Positions 9,131-17,518 of a stretch of 64,000 bases of DNA are shown in pieces. The position numbers and the translations under genes were made by a program. The stretch is from a virus (lineage: Duplodnaviria > Caudoviricetes), in the IMG/VR virus record IMGVR_UViG_3300036784_000078, positions 3,442 through 67,441 of that record. One strand, written 5' to 3'. How positions within the stretch are numbered: the stretch's first letter is position 1; each line of letters opens with the position of its first letter. A model generated the notes under the pieces. That model worked only from the letters and a program-made list of their open reading frames with translations. It ran no database searches and had not been told where the DNA came from.

Positions 9131-9366
9131 ATGAGGCGGCCATGAGCGACGATGCCGAGAAGGTCGAGGGGCTGGACAGGCTGCCCGAGGACACCACGCT
9201 GGAACGCCGGATGACCGACGGCGGCATCGTCTCAATCGGCAATGAGGTGGCCTGGGACGGCGAGGCTGAGTCGATGGGCATCGCGCCGATGACCGAGTTG
9301 CCGGAGAACCGGCGGACCCGCCCGGCCGATGACGAGGATATCGATCAGGACATTCCCGAGGACTAG
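9127..9366 (+). CDS. Small very acidic protein coupled to the ART gene (candidate immunity/regulator)
   Basis: ATGA overlap with the ART stop; D/E-rich 79 aa. Confidence 0.65.
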   Translation: MNEAAMSDDAEKVEGLDRLPEDTTLERRMTDGGIVSIGNEVAWDGEAESMGIAPMTELPENRRTRPADDEDIDQDIPED

Positions 9367-9400
9367 CCGCGAACGCTGCCGTCAATCGAGCCTGCCGGAC

Positions 9401-9420
9401 CCCGCGCGTTGCGGGCTTTT
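9401..9420 (+). terminator. Probable rho-independent terminator after the ART cassette
   Basis: CCCGC-gcgtt-GCGGG-CTTTT; short stem. Confidence 0.5.
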
Positions 9421-9607
9421 GCATGCCAGCAGGCATATTCCGGCAGGATGTATTGGCACTCGCCGGGACAGCGCTTGCGCGGATAGCGCCAGCACCGCGG
9501 CAGCGGCTGCGGCCTGTTCTTCACCTTAGCGGCGCGCGGCGCGTCCTTGGGGGGCCGGGATGCGGACATGTGACTGTGCCATCTGCACTGGAAGGAGAGC
9601 GGCGGCC

Positions 9608-10564
9608 ATGAGCAAGCGTTCCATGAAGGACTACATACACGACGCGTTTTTCGCCCGCGACAAGGCGTCGCTGGCGGCGATCGTGAAGGATGCCGAGGAA
9701 GCGGAAGCCGCCGAACCCGAACCGGACGGGGACGAGGGCGACGGCTCCAAGGTGGGTGGCGTGCATGTTCACATCTCGCATGGCGGCGAGAGCGGCGGCA
9801 ATGGCGGCGAGAAAGGCATCGGCGGGGCGACCGGCGACAATGGCGAGGACACTGAGAAGCGGCTCAAGGGCGTCGAGGATGGTCTCAGGTCGCTGGACGG
9901 CAAGATGACGCGGCTGTTCGACCATCTGAAGATCAAGGACGCGAACGGCGACGGTGACGGTGACGACGAGGACGACGAGGACGACAAGGAAAAGCCGCCG
10001 CCGACCGGCGACCAGACCGGCGAGGAAGGCGCGCAGACCGCCGAGAAGCTGGCTGCCGCCGAGCCGGATCTGATGGAGGCGGACCCCGCGCTGAAAACCG
10101 GCCGCAGCATGATGGGCGACGCGGCCTATCGGGAGCGGGTGACGCGATTGGTCCCGGTGCTGGTGCAGGACATGCGAGCGCGCGCCGAAATCCTGGTGCC
10201 GGGGACGCCAATGCCGACCTTCGATGCCGCGACGCCGGGGAAGGCAACGCAAGCGCATATCTGCGGCTACCGGCGCAGTGTGCTGATGCAGGCGGTGACG
10301 ACCGAAAAGGGGGCCAAGGCGGTCGCCGGCGGCTACACCGCGGATGCAATCAAGGGGATGAGCTGCGACGCGGTGCGGATGCTGTTCAATGACGCCTCCG
10401 AACGGATGCGGGCGGCGAACAACGCGACGACGCACGTGCATAACCCCACCATCTGGCGGATGCCGGATCAGGCGGGTTACCGCAACGCCCAGGCGCAACG
10501 GCTGGCGGCGATCAACAAGGGAAATTCCGAGTTCTGGGCGCGTCAGACGGGGAGGTCGAACTGA
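9608..10564 (+). CDS. Capsid scaffolding-like protein (region normally forming the C-terminal half of DUF2213 proteins)
   Basis: SD AAGGAG; acidic low-complexity middle; RARAEILVPG..PTFDA and ICGYRRSVL motifs. Confidence 0.75.
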   Translation: MSKRSMKDYIHDAFFARDKASLAAIVKDAEEAEAAEPEPDGDEGDGSKVGGVHVHISHGGESGGNGGEKGIGGATGDNGEDTEKRLKGVEDGLRSLDGKMTRLFDHLKIKDANGDGDGDDEDDEDDKEKPPPTGDQTGEEGAQTAEKLAAAEPDLMEADPALKTGRSMMGDAAYRERVTRLVPVLVQDMRARAEILVPGTPMPTFDAATPGKATQAHICGYRRSVLMQAVTTEKGAKAVAGGYTADAIKGMSCDAVRMLFNDASERMRAANNATTHVHNPTIWRMPDQAGYRNAQAQRLAAINKGNSEFWARQTGRSN

Positions 10565-11025
10565 TGACCGTCGCGGTCGCTCCAGCCACCGGAAGCTGGC
10601 TGATCTCGTGCCTCTATGATCCGGAGCAACCGCTTGCCGCGGTGGTCTGCCTCGACAATCCGGTGCTGGCGTGGCTGGTCGATGAGACCGGCGCGGCCGC
10701 GCCGGTACCGGTCGTGCTCGGCACAGTGGCGCCGGCGGTTGATACCTCGCCGGTTCACTCGCCGCCGTGGGTGGTGCGGGAAGGTTCGTCGATGTGGTTC
10801 GTGCCCGATCTTGTGCGCGGGAGTGCGCATCAGATGTTTAATTTCCTCACCGGCAACAATGGCGTGCAGCGGCAAATCTATGGCGATTTCGCTGATCCGG
10901 TGCTCGCGGCGGAATACAAACAATGGGGCGAGCAGAACCCGTCGCTTGTGCTGGCGGAGCGGCCTTATTGGGAAGCGGCGGCGCCAGCCGGGGAAGCTGC
11001 GGACGATGGGCACGCCGGTGGGTAA
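10564..11025 (+). CDS. Hypothetical protein
   Basis: TGATG coupling to the scaffold gene; protein-like 153 aa. Confidence 0.6.
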   Translation: MTVAVAPATGSWLISCLYDPEQPLAAVVCLDNPVLAWLVDETGAAAPVPVVLGTVAPAVDTSPVHSPPWVVREGSSMWFVPDLVRGSAHQMFNFLTGNNGVQRQIYGDFADPVLAAEYKQWGEQNPSLVLAERPYWEAAAPAGEAADDGHAGG

Positions 11026-11054
11026 CGCAGCACCCGCACGCCGGTAGCTTGCCC

Positions 11055-11192
11055 TCACTCGGCGTCGGCCTTGCGCCGCTGCGTCATGTGATCGGTCCAC
11101 CACGGCGTGACCCAATAGCCGAGAGCAAAGACGAGGCCGCCGAAGCCTAAAACAACGGCCGGCCCAACCCACGAATTCAAGGCCCACGTCAT
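11055..11192 (-). CDS. Small single-TM protein
   Basis: 45 aa with one hydrophobic helix and a basic tail. Confidence 0.45.
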   Translation of the reverse strand: MTWALNSWVGPAVVLGFGGLVFALGYWVTPWWTDHMTQRRKADAE

Positions 11193-11313
11193 TTGGCGCT
11201 GGCCTTGTTTCCGATGTCGGTTGCCTTGTGTGGGCGGGTGAGTCGCAACCAGAGCCACGCAGGCACCGTGATGCAAAGCCCGATGACTGGCACGATAGTC
11301 CATAGGCTCATTG

Positions 11314-11430
11314 TCATTCGCCTGGCCGGGGCGTGTGCCTGTCACGCCGAGCGATCCAGCGCAGGACGATCAGGATCATACCGCCGTAGACCGCTGGCCA
11401 TAGCACGTAGCCGACATCGCTCCAGGTCAT
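11314..11430 (-). CDS. Small single-TM protein
   Basis: 38 aa, ATGA-coupled to 11427-11633. Confidence 0.5.
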   Translation of the reverse strand: MTWSDVGYVLWPAVYGGMILIVLRWIARRDRHTPRPGE

Positions 11431-11633
11431 GGGCTGAGCCTTCCGAGGTAGTCGCGGGCCTCGATGATGATACGCCAGCCGACGATAGCTGACACCAGAG
11501 CGACCAGGAAGCCGCGTGGAGCGAACAGATCGCCGTGTAGCAACGGTGCGACGAAACCCGCGAGGACGAAGCCGACACCGATGTTGCTTATCGCTGTTGC
11601 CGTCAGCCTGACCCGCTCGTTGTGCCTGTCCAT
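11427..11633 (-). CDS. Small two-TM protein
   Basis: NERVRLTATAISNIGVGFVLAG pattern; two hydrophobic helices. Confidence 0.6.
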   Translation of the reverse strand: MDRHNERVRLTATAISNIGVGFVLAGFVAPLLHGDLFAPRGFLVALVSAIVGWRIIIEARDYLGRLSP

Positions 11634-11698
11634 CAAAAGAAGGCCACGCCGCTGGGATCTTGCAACACATCTCACCTCGCTGGGGATTGTGGTGCGAG

Positions 11699-11727
11699 AT
11701 GTTACGTGAAGGCAGCGAGATATACAA
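11699..11727 (-). promoter_or_regulatory. Sigma70-type promoter for the small membrane-protein trio
   Basis: TTGTAT-17 bp-TAACAT; -35 overlaps the SD of the cement gene on the other strand. Confidence 0.5.
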
Positions 11728-11739
11728 GGAGTGCGTGTC

Positions 11740-12249
11740 ATCGTTGCTTATCAATTCAGACTCGATACCGGCTACCCCGGCACGTCGAACCGTGTGCATG
11801 ACGCGACGGTCACGCCCGAGGTGATCGACGCCGCAGCGCCGCCTTTGGCCTATGGCCTGGGCTGCGTGATCGATGCGACGACCGGCGGCATCCGGGCGGC
11901 GGCGACCGGCGATACCAAGATCGACGGCTTCAATCTGCGGCCCTATCCGATGCAGGGCGGCGGCCCGGCGAGCGGGATCGTCAACGACCCGCTTTACACT
12001 TCGACGCCGCCGAACGCCGGTCTCTCTGGCGGCCTGCTGCGGCGCGGCTTCATCATTGTGAAGTTGGCGGGCGGCGGTCCGGTGGTGAAGGGAGCGCCGG
12101 TCTTTGTCTCGATCGTCACGGCGACGGCCGGGCAGGTGTTCGGCACCTCCGCAGCGGCCGGTACCGGAGCGATCGCGCTCGATACCAAGTCGTCCTTCAT
12201 GGGCGCGGCCGACAGCACCGGAATCACCGAGCTCGCATTCAACCTGTAG
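11740..12249 (+). CDS. Capsid cement/decoration protein; proposed ATC start
   Basis: xAYQFRLDTGYPG N-terminus, directly upstream of the capsid gene; SD AAGGAG lies 8 nt before ATC 11740, and the GTG at 11731 is inside the SD. Confidence 0.75.
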   Translation: MVAYQFRLDTGYPGTSNRVHDATVTPEVIDAAAPPLAYGLGCVIDATTGGIRAAATGDTKIDGFNLRPYPMQGGGPASGIVNDPLYTSTPPNAGLSGGLLRRGFIIVKLAGGGPVVKGAPVFVSIVTATAGQVFGTSAAAGTGAIALDTKSSFMGAADSTGITELAFNL

Positions 12250-12311
12250 ACGGCGCGTCGCAGCCGTACGACCGAACGCGACATTCCATCACAATCTGAA
12301 AGGAGAAAGCC

Positions 12312-13331
12312 ATGCCCTTAGACGGGCCGTTCGGCTTTGCCAATGCCGGCGGCGGCGGTGGCGGACCGAACATGCCGTTCACCTATGACGGCTACACCCG
12401 AGACAGTACCGGCGCGTTCTATATTGGAGAACTAGAACGCCTCGACCAGACCATCCATGAGCCGCTGGTCAGCGTGACCTGGGGCCGTGACATCGATCTG
12501 CGGGAAGACATCACGACGGGGGATGAGGTCTCGTCCTTCACTAACAGCGCGTTCGCCATGGTCGGCGGCATCATTCCGGGCGGTATCAACTGGATCGGCA
12601 AGGATGTGAACGCGATCTCCGGTGCCCAACTGGACATCGGCAAGACGCCGCAGCCGTTGTTCCTATGGGGTGCTGAGCTTTCCTACACCATGCCGGAGCT
12701 TGCCTCGGCGATGCAGGCGGGGCGGCCGATCGACAGTCAGAAGTATGATGTTATCCGTCTGAAACATCAGATGGACATCGATCAGCTGGTCTATGCCGGC
12801 GACACAGCCGTCAACAGCTACGGCCTGCTGAACCACCCGACCGTGACGAACGTGACCAACGTGACGGGCGGCACCTGGGCGGCGGCGATTGCGGTGCCTA
12901 ACCCCGCGATCATTCTCGCACAGGTGAACGAGTTGCTGTCCTCGACCTGGGCGGCAAGCGCGTGGGCGGTGATGCCGACCGAACTGAGAGTGCCGCCGAC
13001 ACAGTTCGGCCTGCTCGTCTCGAACACCGTGTCAACGGCTGGCAACGTGTCGATCCTGCGGTTCCTGCAAGAGAACAGCCTGTGCAACACGCAGAACGGC
13101 CGACCGCTGAACATCCAGCCGTTGAAGTGGCTGAACGGACGCGGCAGCGGCTCGTCGCAGCGGATGATCGCCTATACGAAAGATCGGAACAAAGTGCGCT
13201 ATCCGATGACGCCGCTGCAAAGGACGCCGCTGGAATGGCGGAGCCTCTACAATCTGACCACGTACTGGGGTCGGCTTGGGATGATCGAATGCGTCTACCC
13301 CGAAACGATCGGATATCGCGACGGCCTGTAG
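12312..13331 (+). CDS. Major capsid protein (DUF2184 family, HK97 fold)
   Basis: GELERLDQTIHEPL, TWGRDI, WGAELSYTMPEL, YAGD..GLLNHP motifs; SD AAGGAG. Confidence 0.93.
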   Translation: MPLDGPFGFANAGGGGGGPNMPFTYDGYTRDSTGAFYIGELERLDQTIHEPLVSVTWGRDIDLREDITTGDEVSSFTNSAFAMVGGIIPGGINWIGKDVNAISGAQLDIGKTPQPLFLWGAELSYTMPELASAMQAGRPIDSQKYDVIRLKHQMDIDQLVYAGDTAVNSYGLLNHPTVTNVTNVTGGTWAAAIAVPNPAIILAQVNELLSSTWAASAWAVMPTELRVPPTQFGLLVSNTVSTAGNVSILRFLQENSLCNTQNGRPLNIQPLKWLNGRGSGSSQRMIAYTKDRNKVRYPMTPLQRTPLEWRSLYNLTTYWGRLGMIECVYPETIGYRDGL

Positions 13332-13337
13332 ACTACC

Positions 13338-13366
13338 TTGATACAATTTGATTACGGCGTTATTAT
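13338..13366 (+). promoter_or_regulatory. Leaderless-type sigma70 promoter for HNH 13373
   Basis: TTGATA-17 bp-TATTAT, 6 nt before the ATG. Confidence 0.7.
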
Positions 13367-13372
13367 AGATGG

Positions 13373-14230
13373 ATGGACAACATCCCCCAGCAGACCTTGG
13401 AGATTATACCGCGCAGCAATGCGCGCACCCGAGGTCTCACCTACCAAGGTAGCGTCTGCAAGCGCGGGCATACCGGTCTGCGGTATATAGTAGGCGGCGG
13501 TTGCGTAGCATGTATGAAGAAGGGCAAACCTCCTCGAACTGATGCTCGTCGCAAAGCCATTGAAAACGGAGAAAGACTGTACTCAACCGGCGAGCCATGC
13601 AGCAATGGCCACATGGCGATGCGCCGCACTACCAATGGCTCATGTGTGGAATGCGAGCAACTGCCAGAGGCCAAGGCAAATAACGTCGCTAAAGCCAGCC
13701 GGTATGATAGGGCTAAGAAGCAGGCCGATCCTTCGGCGTGGCGTGCTGGTAAGGCCAAGCAAGCCAGAGAGTGGCGCAAACGCTATCCAGACAAGGCTAA
13801 GGTCAAGGACAAGCTGGTCTATGGCCGAAGGGATAAGGCTAAGTTTCAAGCTTACATGGCCGAGTGGCGCGCAGCGAACCGCGCGCGCCTGACCGAATAC
13901 GACAACGCCTACAAGGCGCAGTGGCGCGCTGACAATCCCGGAGCGGCCCGTCTTAAAGGCAGGCTGGCGCGACAGCGCAGATCAGCCGCGATGCGCGAGG
14001 CTGAGGGCAGCTTCACGTTCGAGGACATCGAGCGACTAATGGAAGATCAGGCCGGCGTGTGCGCGGGCATATGCGGCCGATCCATCCGAAATCGCTACGA
14101 GATCGACCATAAGGTTGCGTTGATCCGTGGCGGCACGCACTGGCCGTCGAACCTGCAACTGCTTTGCCGGAACTGCAACGCGCGGAAGCACACTCGCACG
14201 ATGGAGGAATGGCTGTCCTCCATCCGTTAA
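13373..14230 (+). CDS. Free-standing HNH homing endonuclease
   Basis: Two GxxCxxGH repeats; C-terminal CAGIC..YEIDHKVALIRGGTHWPSNLQLLCRNCNARK. Confidence 0.9.
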   Translation: MDNIPQQTLEIIPRSNARTRGLTYQGSVCKRGHTGLRYIVGGGCVACMKKGKPPRTDARRKAIENGERLYSTGEPCSNGHMAMRRTTNGSCVECEQLPEAKANNVAKASRYDRAKKQADPSAWRAGKAKQAREWRKRYPDKAKVKDKLVYGRRDKAKFQAYMAEWRAANRARLTEYDNAYKAQWRADNPGAARLKGRLARQRRSAAMREAEGSFTFEDIERLMEDQAGVCAGICGRSIRNRYEIDHKVALIRGGTHWPSNLQLLCRNCNARKHTRTMEEWLSSIR

Positions 14231-14243
14231 GGAGGACACCCAA

Positions 14244-14465
14244 ATGACGGTGAATGAAATCGAGGTCTTCGTCGATGCGGCGGTGACCATCTCGAAACCT
14301 GGCATCCTGTTCATCGATGCGACGACGCAAAAGTCGTTCCTGACCATCGAGCTGGACCCGCCCAATGTCGAGGTCGACCCCGATCTCGATTGGAATCAGG
14401 CGGCCAAGCAGTTCTGGAACGCGGTCTACCGGATGATCGGCAAACCGGCGCTGTTCCCCGATTAG
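14244..14465 (+). CDS. Hypothetical protein
   Basis: SD GGAGGACACCC; 73 aa. Confidence 0.65.
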   Translation: MTVNEIEVFVDAAVTISKPGILFIDATTQKSFLTIELDPPNVEVDPDLDWNQAAKQFWNAVYRMIGKPALFPD

Positions 14466-14512
14466 CCAGTATCGCAGCGCCACAACCCAACACCCAGGAA
14501 GGAAACGTCACC

Positions 14513-15169
14513 ATGCGTGCCATGATGCTTGCCGCCGTGCTTGCCCTCGCCCTGCCCATCGCCTCGGCCGACGCGGCGCAGATCGCCGCTTTCGGCCAGA
14601 CCTCCGGGGCCAACACGCTGACCGCGACGGTCAATGCCGCCGATACCGTCACCACGCTGACGATCGCCAATGCCGGCCTCGACGTGACGCAGTTGTTCGG
14701 CATGTCGCCGCTCGCCGGGCTGTCGTTCTCGCTGGATGCGATGAGCATCGATGCGGTCGCGAGCGTCGGCGGGGCGCTGCTGCAGCACTACAGCGGCTCG
14801 TTCTGCATCACCTCGGCGGCCGGCTGCACCGGCAGCAACATCCTGTCCGGCACCTTCAGCGACGCCGCGTTCGGCGCGGCCGGCGGGACCGGGCTGGTGG
14901 TGAATGTGTCGAACCCGCCGGACACCCTGACACTGACCTCGTCGGTGCTGAGCGCGGCGGATCTGGCCGCGCCCAACAGCTTCAATCTCGGGTTTTCCAA
15001 CCTGACCCCGGCGCTCGCCTCGCTCGGGACGACGATCGCGCCGTTCACCGCCTCGTTCGCGGGGACGGTCAGCTCCTCAGTCAAGGCGGTGCCGGAGCCG
15101 GCCAGCGTCGCGTTGCTGGGGATGGGCCTGCTCGGCGTTGCCGCGCTGCGCAAGCGCGCGCGGGCCTGA
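14513..15169 (+). CDS. PEP-CTERM sorting-domain surface protein
   Basis: Signal peptide MRAMMLAAVLALALPIASADA; Ser/Thr/Ala/Gly-rich body; C-terminal VPEPASVALLGMGLLGVAALRKRARA. Confidence 0.9.
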   Translation: MRAMMLAAVLALALPIASADAAQIAAFGQTSGANTLTATVNAADTVTTLTIANAGLDVTQLFGMSPLAGLSFSLDAMSIDAVASVGGALLQHYSGSFCITSAAGCTGSNILSGTFSDAAFGAAGGTGLVVNVSNPPDTLTLTSSVLSAADLAAPNSFNLGFSNLTPALASLGTTIAPFTASFAGTVSSSVKAVPEPASVALLGMGLLGVAALRKRARA

Positions 15170-15187
15170 CGCGGAGGAAACGCCAGC

Positions 15188-15745
15188 ATGCCAATGATTA
15201 ACGTGGTGAAGCCGTTCACGGTGCAGATGGACCCTCCGGTGATCGGCGACGAGCCTGACCCGGCGGACACCGAGCACGAAGGGGACAAGAAACGACGGCG
15301 GCCGGTCTATGGGACGGCCGACAAGCTGCGGTTCGAACCGGGTGCCTATGACGTGCCGGAAGTGGTTGCCAACCACTGGTACACCCGCGCCCATCTTGCC
15401 GGCTACGAGGCGCCGCCGCCCGCCCCAGGGACGCACCAGTACGGTCAGGAGGCGCTGCTGGCGGCGCAGGGGGTGCGGATGATGCGGCCGGTGTCCCAGA
15501 TGGGCCAGCCGCCGGCAGCCCTGCCCGACGATGTGAGGGTGATGCAGCGCTCGGGCGAGGTGCCGCCCGACGCGCATTACTTCGCGGGGGAGCGGCAAGA
15601 GGACAAGCCGCTGTCAGGATCGGCGGTGCAGCCGTCAGGAGAAACCCGGACAGAGAGCGGCGAGCCGGTAGGCTATGCGGGGGCCCGGCCGCCTGCCGCC
15701 CCTGTCGGGCCGCCACAGCCTCGTGGCGGGGGCTCCCGGAAGTAG
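15188..15745 (+). CDS. STY1053-like phage-associated protein with Pro-rich extension
   Basis: INVVKPFTV...PGAYDVPEVVANHWYTRAH motif. Confidence 0.7.
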   Translation: MPMINVVKPFTVQMDPPVIGDEPDPADTEHEGDKKRRRPVYGTADKLRFEPGAYDVPEVVANHWYTRAHLAGYEAPPPAPGTHQYGQEALLAAQGVRMMRPVSQMGQPPAALPDDVRVMQRSGEVPPDAHYFAGERQEDKPLSGSAVQPSGETRTESGEPVGYAGARPPAAPVGPPQPRGGGSRK

Positions 15746-15752
15746 GGCGCCG

Positions 15753-16100
15753 ATGCCGCTCGCCAAGGGATCAAGCCAGGAAACCATCTCGGGCAACATC
15801 AGCGAGCTTGTGCGCGCTGGGCACAAGCAGGAGCAAGCCGTGGCAATAGCATTGCAGACCGCCGGCAAGAGCAACCAGGACCAAGGCGCGCCAGGCGCCC
15901 CCACGGTGCCGCGTGTGACCGCGATGCCGATTCCTTCGGGCGTGCTGCCGGCACCGCCGCCGATCCAGGCCTCGACCGGGATACCGACCTCGCCGCCGAT
16001 GGTTCCCAGTGGGGACGCGCCGCGGAATTATGTGGCGGGCGACCGGGCGCGGACGGTCGCGACCTTGCGGGACATCGCCCGAGCGGGTGGCGCGCGTTGA
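15753..16100 (+). CDS. Conserved phage hypothetical protein
   Basis: MPLAKGSSQETISGNISELVRAG..QAVAIAL motif, common in phage head regions. Confidence 0.75.
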   Translation: MPLAKGSSQETISGNISELVRAGHKQEQAVAIALQTAGKSNQDQGAPGAPTVPRVTAMPIPSGVLPAPPPIQASTGIPTSPPMVPSGDAPRNYVAGDRARTVATLRDIARAGGAR

Positions 16101-16235
16101 TGTGGTGGCTGGTCTATGTGCGCTGGCCAAGTGGGAAACGGGAGACGATCCGTACGCAGCATCCGGGGCTGGTGATGATGGAACAATGCGTGGTCCAGGC
16201 GATGATGCCCGAACCGGTCGTTCGCTGGTGTCTCG

Positions 16236-16754
16236 ATGAGTGACCTGCCGCCGGGCGCGGACCCGATTCCGTCGGGGATACCGACCAGCACGTGCACGAA
16301 CCCGACGACGTTTCGCCAGCACTTTCCGAGCTTCGTCAGCGCGACGTATCCGGATTCGCAGGTACAGTTCTGGCTGGATGTCGGCAGCGTGATGTGCAAT
16401 CCGGGCGTGTGGGGCGCGGCGCAGCAGCAGGGGGCGGAGCTGATCTGCGCGCATTTTCTGGCATTGGGGCAGATGGCGGCGCAGGGCGGTTCGGCTGGCG
16501 GTGTGCCGGGGATGGCAAGCGGGCTGGTGACGAACAAGTCGGTCTCGAAGGTCTCGGTCGGGCGCGATGTGAACGTGACCGCGATGGAAGGCGCGGGGCC
16601 GTTCAACTACACAACTTATGGGCAGCAGTACTATTACCTCATGCTGCTGGCCGGCACTGGCGGTTATGAGACGCTGAGCGTGGCTTATTCCGATAGCATG
16701 GTGGGGATTGTGAATACGTGGGCGAGGGGCGTGATGTTAAGTTATGGCAGCTAG
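16236..16754 (+). CDS. Head-tail connector (DUF4054 family)
   Basis: FRQHFPSF, LICAHFLAL, SVSKVSVG, YTTYGQQYY motifs. Confidence 0.85.
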   Translation: MSDLPPGADPIPSGIPTSTCTNPTTFRQHFPSFVSATYPDSQVQFWLDVGSVMCNPGVWGAAQQQGAELICAHFLALGQMAAQGGSAGGVPGMASGLVTNKSVSKVSVGRDVNVTAMEGAGPFNYTTYGQQYYYLMLLAGTGGYETLSVAYSDSMVGIVNTWARGVMLSYGS

Positions 16755-16943
16755 TTGCCGCAATCGCGCCAGTGCGGCGGGAACCTCCGCTGCCAGCAGC
16801 AGCAGCCGCCACGTCGGCTCGGCAATCGGCCGCTCGCCTTTAATCCAGTGCTGCACGACGCGGGGCTGTACGCCCAGCAGGCGGGCCGCGGCTGGGGGGT
16901 TCAGACCCAGCCGTTGCAGGAGGGATGCTACGTCGCGGGCCAT
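16737..16943 (-). CDS. Small XRE-like HTH protein
   Basis: LGLNPPAAARLLGVQPRVVQHWIKGERPI. Confidence 0.75.
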   Translation of the reverse strand: MARDVASLLQRLGLNPPAAARLLGVQPRVVQHWIKGERPIAEPTWRLLLLAAEVPAALARLRQLAAIT

Positions 16944-16946
16944 CGA

Positions 16947-17432
16947 TCAGCCCTCCCCATCGTCTGCGGGAACCAGCAGACCAACGCCAGCCATCCAGGT
17001 CTCAGGCGTGACGTGGATCGTCAAGCCATTCGCATCGTCACGCAGTTCGCCAATCAGATGCCCGTCAATAGTTAACGGCCACCAATCGTAAGCGCCGCGC
17101 TGGCTGTCCTCGCCTTGAGATTCGCCTATCAGGATGCGACCCAGATCATCGGCGCCGAAGCATTCGTAAGCCGTGCCAACATCAAGACCCAGCTCGTCAT
17201 CATGCCGCACCACGCGAAGACCGGGGGTGAGACTATTGGTTTCGGCCGCGTCGTCATCGACGCGGGTTACGCGTAGCTCGCCGTCATCGACCGGCGCTAC
17301 GCTACAAGCGTCGGCGTGGTCGGCATACCCCATGATGCGCGCCATATCGTCGAGTGCGTCTTCGGCGGTCTGGCCTTGGTAAATTCCAAGGTCCATCCCG
17401 CTCACCGTGTTCACGATGCGGAAGTGCGCCAT
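16947..17432 (-). CDS. Acidic hypothetical protein (moron)
   Basis: SD GGAGAG; strong promoter upstream. Confidence 0.7.
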   Translation of the reverse strand: MAHFRIVNTVSGMDLGIYQGQTAEDALDDMARIMGYADHADACSVAPVDDGELRVTRVDDDAAETNSLTPGLRVVRHDDELGLDVGTAYECFGADDLGRILIGESQGEDSQRGAYDWWPLTIDGHLIGELRDDANGLTIHVTPETWMAGVGLLVPADDGEG

Positions 17433-17474
17433 TGTCTCTCTCCGTTTCGTCAGACGCCATCGTCTAACATCCGG

Positions 17475-17503
17475 AATATACGCATTGGGTGCGCTAGTGT
17501 CAA
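17475..17503 (-). promoter_or_regulatory. Strong sigma70 promoter of the moron operon
   Basis: TTGACA-17 bp-TATATT. Confidence 0.8.
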
Positions 17504-17518
17504 GCGCCGGGAGTCGCG

